From assembly GCF_006345805.1 (NCBI RefSeq), contig NC_043018.1, forward strand, positions 16,740,001-16,804,000: 64,000 nucleotides of DNA, written 5' to 3'. The position numbers and the translations under genes are program-made. The notes under the pieces were generated by a model, which was not told the origin of the DNA, did no database searches, and saw only the letters and a list, made by a program, of their open reading frames with translations. Positions 38,170-49,866 of the stretch are shown piece by piece. This stretch comes from Octopus sinensis (lineage: Eukaryota). The stretch's first letter is position 1; every line of letters starts with the position of its first letter.

Positions 38170-39345
38170 ATTTTGCTGGATGTGACAGGCAGCGAAAGAC
38201 ATACCTTCAGGCTAGTTACAGTCTATGCTCCGACAAGGGCAGGACCACCAGATTACTTCAGCCGTTTGGAAAACTTCCTGAAAACATCCAGCTCTCTAGT
38301 GTTAGTGACGGATTGGAATGGAGTTTTAGATATAAGGTGGGACTATGTAGGTTTGGCAGGTAGGAGAGGAGCGTGCAAAAGCCTCGCAAAACTGCTCAGA
38401 TGACTCCAACTCTCTGACAGGTATCGACTAGATTTCTCGGATGTGCCAGTGCGGACTTCTGTTGTCGTCAAAGTAAATGGTCAAAGTATCGGAATCGTTT
38501 AGCATCACACGTTCGGTCTGCAAAGGATGCCCACTCTCGCCCTTTCTGTACGTGCTGACTATCGACTCATTGCTAACGAAGTTGGATGATTTCAGGGGCG
38601 TCCCACGTAAATAGCAGTGACCGGCACTATCCTAAGGGAATAGGAATCGGTGACAGGAGCAAAGATTAAGTAAGGGCGAGGCACCTGACAGCTAGAGCGT
38701 CGTTAGGCGCTCACAGTCCTCTGTCAGTCGGGTAATGCGGTTGGTGGAAGTTTCACTTAGATATTCTATAGAGGTTTGGTGTCGGGCGTCGACGTTCTTG
38801 GAGAGGCTCTGGGCGTCGATGAGAATGAGCTGACAAGTCTGTGCCGGAGGACTTTCCAGCCAGTGTCCAGGGATAACTTCCAGAAATCCATGGTCTCGAG
38901 GAGTATTGCCGGTTCAGCATAAACTCAACAGGCATGGAGGTGCCGTCAGCCGGGCTTGCTAAAGGTGCGCGCAGAGTGACGAAAATGTTCAGCGCACTTC
39001 GTCCAGTGCCCGAGCATTGCTGAGTTGTAGGCTTATGTCGAACACTTGCTGTCGCGTGTAGGTCGGATCCGGCTATCGGCTGAGTCCATTCATAGTTCGC
39101 AACGTCGCCAATTTTTGGCCGTGAAGAGCAGGCAGTGTTTCTTTGTCTGTTGGCTTTAGCGAAAGAGGTTGAGTGGTGGACCTGGTTGAAATGGCTGAAG
39201 ATAGATGCTTTCCGCTTTGGCGAAACCCTCATCAACATTTTCAAGTTTCATTTGAAAAGGAAAGTGAAGTGAGAGAGGAAAGTGTTGCTGCTCAACAATT
39301 TTGTGGCAAGAATGGTCCGAGTGAACGGGTCGACTCTAAGCATGT
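38170..39345 (+). mobile_element. Decayed L1/Tx1-like LINE (APE endonuclease plus ORF2 C-terminus)
   Basis: FRLVTVYAP..DWNGVLD (APE-like); the 3' part matches 31760-31880. Confidence 0.55.
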
Positions 39346-39524
39346 GCCTTGTGGAAGCGCGTTGCTTAGTGGTTAGAATGTTAGACTCATGATCGTAAGA
39401 TTGTGGTTTCGATTCCTGCACTAGGAATCTGTTTTTACACGCTTCAATCCCATTCTATTTGCATTGTACTGTCCTGTGCCGTTTCCGGTCATTTACATGG
39501 ACCCCAGTGGTGAATAAAGAAAAG

Positions 39525-39575
<51 letters not shown>

Positions 39576-39596
39576 GCTATTATTATTATTATTATT

Positions 39597-41262
39597 CTAT
39601 GTTTGACTTTTGCTTTATGTTTGTACAAGTTGGCTCCAAGTCTCACCCAGAGACCTCAAGAGACAACAGGTTGGAAGTTCTGTGCCATATATTTGAAGTT
39701 TTTTTTTTTTTTTGGTGTTGTACTAGTGAATGTCTAATACATAAAATAAGATTTAAAAGAATTTAAAAAAAGAAAAAAAAATGTTTGTTTTAAACCTTGG
39801 GATTACATAGAGAGTATTTTGCGTAGGATATGAGCAGTTCTCATGAACACTATCTTTTGAATTTCTGCCATTTTGGGGTTTCCTGGTATCTGAGTTAGGT
39901 AGCAATCAGTCCCTTTCGCTATCATTCCCAGCGCACCTATGACAACAGGTATTGTTTTAGTCTTCAGCTTCCACATTTTGCTGATTTCTATTTCAAGATC
40001 TTTATATTTGCTCAGTTTTTGGTAGGTCTTGACAGATACGTTTACATCGATTGGGACAGTCATATCAATGAGGAGGCATGTTCTTTGTCTGAAGTCTTTC
40101 AATATGATGTCTGGCCTATTTGCATCTATCTTCCTGTCAGTTTGAATGGTGAAGTTCCAGAGGAGTGAGATGTGGTCATTTTCAAGCACTGGAGGTGGAT
40201 TGTGTTCCACCAGTTTTTTTCATGGGGCAAATCCAGGTTTTTGCAAATTACCCAGTGAATATATTGTGCAGCTCTATCATGCCTATTGAGGTACTCTGTA
40301 GGCGCTAGAAGACTGCATTTGGAGACAACATGGTCAATGGTTTCATTTTGTTGTCGGCATACACGACATGTTGGGCTACTGCCGTTCTTTAATATGTTGG
40401 CCTGGTAGTTTCTTGTTGGTAGGCATTGATCTTGAGCTGCTATGATAAACCCCTCTGTTTCAGATTTTAAGCCAGAGGCCATTAGCCATTGATGTGTCAG
40501 GGCTTTGTCAATATCTGCATTATTCGCTCTCTTTGGGTATTTGCCATAGAGAGGTTTTTCTTGCCATTTATCATTCAGAATATCTAAGGCCGCAGTTTTG
40601 GCACGGGTTTTCATGCGCCTAGCTTTTTCTGTGCTTGTTTCTTGTATGTCTATCTCTAATTCCGAAATTGGTTGTATTCGGAATTCACTTAGATATTCCT
40701 TTGCCTGTTTTGTGACTGAGTATGATGCTTTCTTGCTTTCATGTTTTGAGACAAGTTTTAACATCCAGTCCTCAGAGTTTTTCAGGTAGGTGTCTAGGCC
40801 AATTGTAGCAATCTTCATTGTTATTGCCAGTTGCAAAAGACCACGGCCTCCCTCTTTTCTTGGCAGGTAGAGTCGTTCTGTATCTGCCTTAGGGTGGTGC
40901 ATTCTATGCATTGTCAACAGTTTCCTTATTTTTCTGTCGAGCTGACATATTTCAGTAATTGACCAGTTAACAATATTGAAACTGTAAGTCACGACTGGTA
41001 TGGCTAATGCATTGATCGCTTCGATCCTGTTTCTCGCATTCAGCTCTGTCTTGAGTATTGCTCTCACTCTTCGATAGCATTCTCTCCTGATCCTTTCCTT
41101 CATCTCTGAATGCCTTATTCCGTTCCCTTCAATTACCCCTAGGTACTTGTAGTTCTCCGCTGGGTCTAGTTCTTTTATGACATTCTGCTGGTCAAGGTTA
41201 ACGTTAGATGTTTCTGTCATTTTTCCTTTGATAAAGGTAGCTTTTGCACATTTATCGAGGCC
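39597..41262 (-). mobile_element. 5'-truncated R4/Dong-clade LINE (RT C-terminus, CCHC, restriction-like endonuclease), family Dong-A
   Basis: GLDKC..YKYLG, RLYLPRKEGGRGL, CRVC..ETIDHVVSKC, RHD, RPDIIL..IDMTVP..KLSKYKDL, IPVVIGALG. One frameshift near 40210. (ATT)n on both sides. Confidence 0.9.
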
Positions 41263-41823
41263 GATTATTAATATTACTATTATTATTATTGTGTGTAAGT
41301 GTATGCGTGGGGGGAGTTGCGTGTGCGAGTGCGTTTATTCAGATGATACCGCTTAAAAGACTAACTGTATTTCGAATTTCGAAATAATCTTCAATCTGCC
41401 ATATCGAATGATTTACTTTAAATTTTGGCTCTCCCAGTTTTCTTTAGTCGGCGATCTACACGCACACGCGCGCACACACACACACAGACGTTTGTAATAC
41501 TGACATACACACATTACATATCATGTCTTCGCGTTGCCAGGCGTAATAGCTGAAGGATTTTCCTCATTATATCGCGGATATTAATCTATGACTGGAGAAC
41601 TTCTTAAAACCTCTCACATTATTTGCATTCTTCATACTATGGTAACGTGCTTCGAGCAAACAGCTTGTTGAGAAATTTCTTATTTTAAATTTAATATTAA
41701 TTTATGCTTATTGCACACACACATACACACACACAAACATACAGAAATGTACACACACACACACATACATACATACATTATATATATATGTATATATATA
41801 TAATATATATATATGCATATATG

Positions 41824-41865
<42 letters not shown>

Positions 41866-41914
41866 TATATGCATATATGTGTATATATATATATATGTAT
41901 ATATGCATATATGT

Positions 41915-41947
<33 letters not shown>

Positions 41948-42639
41948 GCATGTATTATATATATATATATGTATATATATAATATGTGTGTGTGTGTGTG
42001 TATATACAGGTACATACCCACAGTCACATATTCATGTATTCGTCTATGTATGTGTGTGTCTGTGTGTGTGTGGTTGAAGTATAACAAACGCAGCAAGCGT
42101 TCCACTTTCAGGAAGCCATAAGCTACACATTCCAGCTGGATGGCCAACAACTGACATCTTCATGAACTGTGCTTCTAATTCCTCTTCCGTAATTCAATGC
42201 AAATAAATATATGATTTTTCAGCAGGGTTAACAATCGTTATTTTTTTGGGTTGATATTTCCTCTTTCCGTTTCCTTTCGCTTTTTGCTTCTTTCAAAATT
42301 TATCTTTATTGCCCTGAAGTTTGCTCGTCTTAGACTTGTGTTTAGATGTTGTTTGTTGGAACAGATTTTGTTTGTTTCACTAACCTTGTTGCTGCTAATG
42401 TTGTTTAAATCGGAATTTTCATCTTTAGTCACGCCTAAAACCAGTTCATCTTCTCAAGAATACCGTTTCCAAAGTAATTAAAAAAACAAAGAAGCGCATC
42501 TGATGCTGCAAACTTCAAAGTCATAATTCTGCAAGAGAGAGAGAGAGAGAGAGGCTCTCAGTTCCATCCTGTCCTTCTGTCTTTTTGCCTCTCACCGTTT
42601 CTGTCTTCACGCATACACGCTTGCGCAAACACACACACA

Positions 42640-42687
<48 letters not shown>

Positions 42688-42803
42688 AGCAAACAAGCAA
42701 ACAGACAAATACACGCACAAGCATAGCTACATATACAAATAATACATAAAAAAAAACAAACAAGATGGTGTGTGAGAAACAAATCGAGAGATACCCTCAT
42801 AGC

Positions 42804-42841
<38 letters not shown>

Positions 42842-43686
42842 CGCATTCAGGAACTCACTCCTTTCTCTTTTTATCACAAGAATTTTACCATTCAGAGATG
42901 GTTTTGTCGTATGGTTGTCTTACAATACGAAAAGCTCCTATCATGCGAGTGATATACATACATACATGCATGCATGCATACACACATACAACATGCATGC
43001 ATACATACATACATACATACATACATACATACATACATACATACATACATACATACATACATACATGTCCAGGGCACTGGACATCCTACAGGTGTTACCG
43101 TTAGAATGAAAAGAGCCTCTGGAGACGACAGAAAATATCGAGTCCAAAATGAACTTTTTAGCCAATCCAATGTCCGGGTGGGCATTATATTTAATCGACT
43201 CCGGGAACATAAAATGCAAATTTCTCCTCGGCTGGAATTGAACTCAGAATGCAAGTTTTTTACATCTCGGCCATTTTGCTGCTTCAGTGTATCAGTAATA
43301 TAAGAGTGTTGATTCCCTATCGATCATTTAACTAAAGCAGCAGATTAAATCAGTGATGACGTCTAACATTTGAGGTAAAGATCGATATTTCAAATAACAA
43401 CGCTCAAGCCTTGCTGGATTATTAATCTTCATCTTTCTATTGTCATTCTCCCGCGTGGTTGAGCGTGTTAAGTGAAAGCTTCCAGCAGACACGAAGTAAA
43501 CAAACCCACTTTTAACACAGCAACCACCATCCATCACCTCAAGCAACACTCTCTTATTAAACATGTTGTTCAATTTGTTGTTCGGTTCCAGTCGTCTTTG
43601 TGACATAATTCACAAATTATCACATTATTTGCGTATTCACTTTAACTCTATCTCGCTCCGTACTCCGTAACCACGCGTGTATATAT

Positions 43687-43733
<47 letters not shown>

Positions 43734-43738
43734 TATAT

Positions 43739-43769
<31 letters not shown>

Positions 43770-43804
43770 GCATATATATATATATGTATGTATGTATATA
43801 TATA

Positions 43805-43843
<39 letters not shown>

Positions 43844-43898
43844 CTATGTATATATATATGCATATATATATACATATATATATATGTATGTATATATA

Positions 43899-43930
<32 letters not shown>

Positions 43931-44081
43931 CACATTTACGACCATACTTTAATAAATATATTTTAAAACTTACTTTTTCAACTTCTCTTCTCAGCCTCGT
44001 TTTCAAAAAAGAAATTTTCAAATATACTTCTTACTCGTAAGGTTGTAACAATTAACTATTTTATTACCAAACAAGCTTAGA

Positions 44082-44289
44082 GCAGCGTGCTGGTTGAATC
44101 GTTACCGCGCCGGACAAAATGCTTAGCGGAATTTCTTCTGGCATTACGTTCTTAGTTCCAATTCCGCCGAGGTCGACTTTACCCTTCATGCGTTTGGGGT
44201 CGATCAAATAAGTACCAGCTAAGCATTGGGGTCGATGTCATCGACTTTCCCCCTTCCCTAAATTTCTGGCCTTGTGCCAAATTTTGAAA
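44082..44289 (+). mobile_element. SINE family A, alternative-tail subfamily
   Basis: Head, central domain and TTTCTGGCCTTGTGCC tail. Confidence 0.75.
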
Positions 44290-44825
44290 CTAATATCAAA
44301 CATGCTTTGTTGCTTTTCCCCAATAATCAACCCCATGCACCCACCCACCGACCAACCTGCCTCCTAAACACATGACATGCAAAAGTCATCTTTATGAATG
44401 TAAACTGAACCGAGAATGTAGAAGGAGGTTGCAACTCTCTTGAAAATATTCAAAACCAATCATTTTTCATGAAGGATTTTTTTTTTACTAAACAAAAAGA
44501 CAATAAAAACATAAGCAACCACTCACATACACGGACACACTACATCGAAATATGTGTATATATAGCCAATTATATACGAATGTACCCAGGCACTAGTACA
44601 GGCTTAAGTGTGTGTGTGTGTTTATTATCCGTTATGTATTTCGATCAAAGGTCTAATAGTCTATGATATCGGAAAAGAGTGAATGCTTCAATACGACTTT
44701 TATTTAACAAGAGATGCTATAGAAATTCTACAGTGATTATTGTAAAACATTCTTCTATTTGTTCGAAGAGCAATGGTGAAGCCTCTTGAAAACTACAGCC
44801 GTACACTTGTAGAAGACATCACCTG

Positions 44826-44827
<2 letters not shown>

Positions 44828-44901
<74 letters not shown>

Positions 44902-44919
44902 GTAGTAGTACTAATAATG

Positions 44920-44973
<54 letters not shown>

Positions 44974-44981
44974 TAATAATA

Positions 44982-45036
<55 letters not shown>

Positions 45037-45044
45037 AATAATAA
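44828..45044. repeat. (AAT)n microsatellite
   Basis: Direct reading. Confidence 0.95.
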
Positions 45045-45583
45045 ATGCCCTGATGCAGTACCAGGCAGTGGCTCTCATGGCTTCTGATCTTAACTGATTG
45101 GAAGTGTTATCATGTACATTGTTTTGTCTTGGTATAAAAGATGGGCTACAGCAAATATTCTGCTCAATACCACAGATTTGCTTGTCAGTTGTTTGACCTT
45201 AACCAGTTGAGCATGTCCCTTAGTGGCTGACGATATGTGCATCTCTGATCACGAGCATCATAGCCATGTGTTGAGAGGGATTCTTTGGGGTTTGAATAGT
45301 TCACCTCTGGAAACATGGGTGGTTCTTTCAACATCCTTAAGCAACCCTTGTTCAGGGACCGTTTGAGCGGGATGGGCTACTCAACTTGAAGAAAATTCTA
45401 ACTGGGCCCCACCTGCAAGGTCATGTGCTGTTTATCTTGATATGAGATCACCATGTCGCGCCCATATGGTTGTGATGCATGTGCCTGGTATACCTTTATC
45501 AGACGGGTAGTCATGATGGGTATATTGGGCTTCGTATATTTTACCCCAGTGTCACTTTGATGGCATGAACTGCTCTCTCACTC
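45045..45583 (+). mobile_element. Non-coding ~540-bp element in (TAA)n, copy 1
   Basis: Homologous to 46290-46800; (AAT)n on both sides; no ORF or clear tRNA head. Confidence 0.75.
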
Positions 45584-45660
45584 AATAATAATAATAATAT
45601 AATAATAATAATAATAATATAATAATAATAATATAATAAAAAATAATAATTAAAAAAAAA

Positions 45661-46170
45661 AGATGGTATAGGCACACACCAGAAAAGGTCACAGAAAACG
45701 AGAAGGCAACCATATTCTGGAATATGCCGATACACACAGATAGAGAAATTAAGGCCAACAGACCAGATATAGTTGTCAGAGATCATGAAGAAAAAAAATG
45801 CTTTCTAATTGATGTATCAATACCGGCAGATGACAATGTGTCTCTAAAAGAAATGGAGAAACTTTCAAAATATAAAGACCTGGAAATGGAGGTAAACAGA
45901 ATGTGGAATCTAAAAACAGAAACAATCCCTATCATAGTAGGTGCATTAGGCATGATAAAAAATATTCAGACAAATACATAATAAAAACACCAGGACTTAC
46001 AAACACATATAACATACAGAAAATTGCACTACTAGGCACTGCACACATCCTACGCAGAACACTTTCCATACAATAACAATCAGAGCATCACAACAAATCA
46101 CAGCACATACCCAAGGCACATAGAGCTGCGCTCGGTAGTGAAGTGAAAGCACGCTATAAAAATGAAACTA

Positions 46171-46173
<3 letters not shown>
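45661..46173 (+). mobile_element. R4/Dong-clade 3' fragment, second family (Dong-B)
   Basis: WYRHTPEKV..WNMPIHTDREIKANRPDIVV..LIDVSIP..EKLSKYKDL..IPIIVGALG. Different 3'UTR from Dong-A; (AAT)n flanks. Confidence 0.85.
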
Positions 46174-46249
<76 letters not shown>

Positions 46250-46289
46250 CAACAACAACAACAATAATAATAATAATAATAATAATAAT

Positions 46290-46800
46290 ATGCCCCGAGG
46301 CAGTACCAAGCAGTGGCTCTCATGGCTCCTGATCTTAACTGAGTGGAAGTGTTATCATGTACACTGTTTTGTCTTGGCATAAAAGAAGGGCTACAGCAAA
46401 TATTCTGCTCAATACCACAGATTTGCTTGTCAGTTGTTTGACCGTAACCAGTTCACCACGTCCCTTAGTGGCTGACGATATGTGCATCTCTGATCACGAG
46501 CAGAAGTAGTGGGGAGCATCATAGCCATGTGTTGAGGGGATTCTTTGGGGTTTGGATAATTCATCTTTGAAAACATGGGTGTCTCGCTCAACATCCTTAA
46601 ACAATCCTTATTCAGGGACCATTTGAGTGGGTAGGTTTACTCGACCAGAAGAAAATTCTAACTGGGCCCCACTTGCAAGGTCGTGCGCTGTTTATCTTGA
46701 TATGAGATCACCATGTCACGCACATATGGTTGTGATGCATGTGCCTAGCGTACCCTTATCAGACGGGTAGTAATGGTCGGTATACTGGGCTTCGTATATA
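46290..46800 (+). mobile_element. Non-coding (TAA)n-associated element, copy 2
   Basis: Same start ATGCCC after (AAT)n; carries a segment between GAGCA repeats that copy 1 lacks. Confidence 0.75.
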
Positions 46801-47203
46801 TTCCTGTGTTTGAAAGGGTTTTCTGTAAATAAAACAGGTCATAATGACTCACCGCTCCGAATGTCAGATTTCAATTATTGACTCCATTATGAAAAGAATT
46901 GGTGTTAGACCAGTTGTGGAAAGTATTTTCTACTTTTGAGAATTCTTATTAAAGCTGTGATAAAGCTGCTATGCTGCTGGTTCTAATAAGATGCGCAGTT
47001 GCCCTCCAATGTGCCGAAACTTACTGTTGCACCACTGCTCATTCGTATACTGCAAGGTTTATCTGGCTACTCAGCAGATTTTGAGACATAATTTAAGTTT
47101 TTAAGAAGTCAGTAAGTGAGCATTTTGAAAAATTTGTTTTTCAGAATTTTAACACAATTATAACTAACACAATTTTAATTAACAAAATGCAATAAGCTTT
47201 TAA

Positions 47204-47424
47204 CCCTTTAGTGTTCAGATTACTCTGTTAAATGTAATGCTTTTTCACTCATATTGTTTTGAATTAATCATGCATTATCTTAGAGCTTTGAGGTTTCAAT
47301 GATGTGATTATTTATTTTCAGAATGGCATTGTAGGTTAGGTGTGAGAGGCTAGATATTGCCAGTTTGAATGTAAAACATGTAGAATATATTGGGCCGGAT
47401 TTGGCCAGTTTAAACACTAAAGGG
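47204..47424. mobile_element. piggyBac-type MITE
   Basis: 12-bp perfect TIR CCCTTTAGTGTT; TTAA on both sides. Confidence 0.85.
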
Positions 47425-48366
47425 TTAAATTAGATTTTAAAAGGTCTTCCATGCAGGTGGTGCCCCCTAATTCTTCATTTGGTCTTCAATGTTCGAGGAA
47501 GTGAAATAGATTGAAAGCTCTCTACTCGGCACTAGAAAGAGCAGAAAATCTCCCTCGAGATGGACAGAATGGAAAATGAAGGAAACGATTTTTCAAAAAC
47601 TATGTGATGATCACGATTGGAACGCATTTGACCAATAGTCTGCTCGATAAGAACTTAGGTTCTCCGCAACACCAAAAATGACGACCGGTACAACAAAAAC
47701 AACAACAAAACAAAAGAAAACGACAGTTGCGGGTATGGCGGGGTGGGGGGGGTGAGGTATTGGTTAACAATATATGTTTGGTAGTTTTAGGCAATTTGTC
47801 AGCAAATATCAGGAAGTCGGGATCCTTGCGGAAGGAAAAATGACTTAGAAAAGAAAGAATGCAATGATAAAAGCTTTTATATTTATTTCTTGAACAAAGA
47901 ACTATTTAGCTAAACTTACCATTGGACCCATTCATATAACTTCTGTCGGCGCCAAGAAGGAAGTCTCTAAGTGGAACCTTGTCTTGCTATATATAGAGAG
48001 TCAAATATCTTGTAAATTACAAACTCGTGTCTTACAAAACAACTATTCGACAATGCGGTCCCTGATATACAAAACTAAAGAAGAAAATATGGTGAAGCAG
48101 CTTTGGTAGTAATCTAGTGGGTTTTAGGAGTCATCTGGAGTTACAGATTTGCTATATTCTGTTCGCTTCTACTAAATGTTTCCAGTGGAAATTTCTATTT
48201 TGAATTTTTGAATCCACGTTGAATTTTATGAGGGTAGGCCACTGAGACCACTACGATGAGAGAAGACAATTACGACCGCTACAGAAAATACAGACCTCAT
48301 TGCGAATTACACTAAAGAAAGACCAGAAATTGGTGTCCAGTAAGAGAGGCCAGTAAATCAAAGACA

Positions 48367-48961
48367 GTGAAGAGAGGCCACTGTGTTGTGAAGAGAGGCG
48401 ACTGTGTTGTGAAGAGAGGCCACTGTGTTGTGAAGAGAGGCCACTGTGTTGTGAAGAGAGGCCACTGTGTTGTGAAGAGAAGCCACTGTGTTGTGAAGAG
48501 AGGCCACTGTGTTGTGAAGAGAGGCCACTGTGTTGTGAAGAGAGGCCACTGTGTTGTGAAGAGAAGCCACTGTGTTGTGAAGAGAGGCCACTGTGTTGTG
48601 AAGAGAGGCCACTGTGTTGTGAAGAGAGGCCACTGTGTTGTGAAGAGAAGCCACTGTGTTGTGAAGAGAGGCCACTGTGTTGTGAAGAGAGGCCACTGTG
48701 TTGTGAAGAGAAGCCACTGTGTTGTGAAGAGAGGCCACTGTGTTGTGAAGAGAGGCCACTGTGTTGTGAAGAGAGGCCACTGTGTTGTGAAGAGAAGCCA
48801 CTGTGTTGTGAAGAGAGGCCACTGTGTTGTGAAGAGAGGCCACTGTGTTGTGAAGAGAGGCCTCTGTGTTGTGAAGAGAAGCCACTGTGTTGTGAAGAGA
48901 GGCCACTGTGTTGTGAAGAGAGGCCACTGTGTTGTGAAGAGAGGCCACTGTTGTTGTGAAG
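48367..48961. repeat. 21-bp minisatellite (GTGAAGAGAGGCCACTGTGTT), ~28 units
   Basis: Direct reading; the AGAAGCC variant recurs mostly every 4th unit. Confidence 0.97.
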
Positions 48962-49084
48962 AGAGGCTGGCTGATACGCTACAGAGGATACAATGGCCAG
49001 TACATTAAAGAATTCAGCTATCTTCTCTAATACGATAGATATAGACCAGAGAGTGTGACAGAGTAGGAAGAGTGAACGAGAGAA

Positions 49085-49123
<39 letters not shown>

Positions 49124-49178
49124 AAGAGAGAGCATTGCAAACACTCTCTTATCTGTGTTTGCGAAATCACTTTCACAT

Positions 49179-49278
49179 NNNNNNNNNNNNNNNNNNNNNN
49201 NNNNNNNNNNNNNNNNNNNNNNNNNNNNNNNNNNNNNNNNNNNNNNNNNNNNNNNNNNNNNNNNNNNNNNNNNNNNNN
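49179..49278. other. Assembly gap (100 N)
   Basis: Run of exactly 100 N, typical of a scaffolding gap of unknown size. Confidence 0.99.
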
Positions 49279-49445
49279 GAAATATTTTTTCTCTGCCGCT
49301 TTTCTTTTTATTCTCCGATTTTCTTTCAATTCTTTCTGTCAAAGAGCGTATGTTCGAAACGCAAAAGACGTGTCCATTCTTCCCGAGTGTCAAACTAATA
49401 CACCTGCTTGTTGTTCTTACACCTGTCTTCGTCTTTTGTTTTCTG
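49279..49445 (+). mobile_element. Diverged relative of family H, starting at the gap edge
   Basis: TCTTT-CTGTCAA-A-GAGC-GTAT-GTTC-GAAAC-GC-A-AAAGA at 49331-49368; runs into (TA)n. Confidence 0.5.
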
Positions 49446-49466
49446 TATATATATATATATATATAT

Positions 49467-49866
49467 CAATAATAAATCTCTGAATGAGGTATAAACAGTA
49501 ACTGCACGACAATGTGAGGTATACTTGCCATCTCAATATGGCTAACCACTAAGGGTGGGTGTTACTGTAGCTTGTAACCCCAGAAGAACATCGTCTCTAG
49601 CTGGCTTTAGGCACACTTTCTGTGCTCTTATGGTATTTGCAAAGGGAGGTCACCCTTCCCTCGTCAACCTAAGTGATACGCACGGACTGCAGTTTCTAGG
49701 TTTTGACCTGGCATCAGTGTACGACAATCACCGGTTTTCGATGAAAAGGTGTTCCAATGCAAATCCTTATATCGTTTTTCTAGTAATTTTTCGTCACTGA
49801 TCTCGAAAAACTATGCAAGCAATAATAAATCTCTGAACGAGGTATAAACAGTAACTGCACGATAAT
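49467..49866. mobile_element. 353-bp unit with 47-bp terminal direct repeats, in (TA)n
   Basis: Repeats at 49467-49513 and 49820-49866 (2 mismatches). 49527-49573 matches 30576-30622. Confidence 0.6.

Noticed and set aside
42238-42432. Basic low-complexity ORF
   Set aside because: GTG start, in-frame stop just upstream, no homology recognised.
48251-49393. 380-, 213- and 196-aa repeat ORFs as genes
   Set aside because: Open only because the unit is 21 bp and stop-free; the longest one crosses the N gap.
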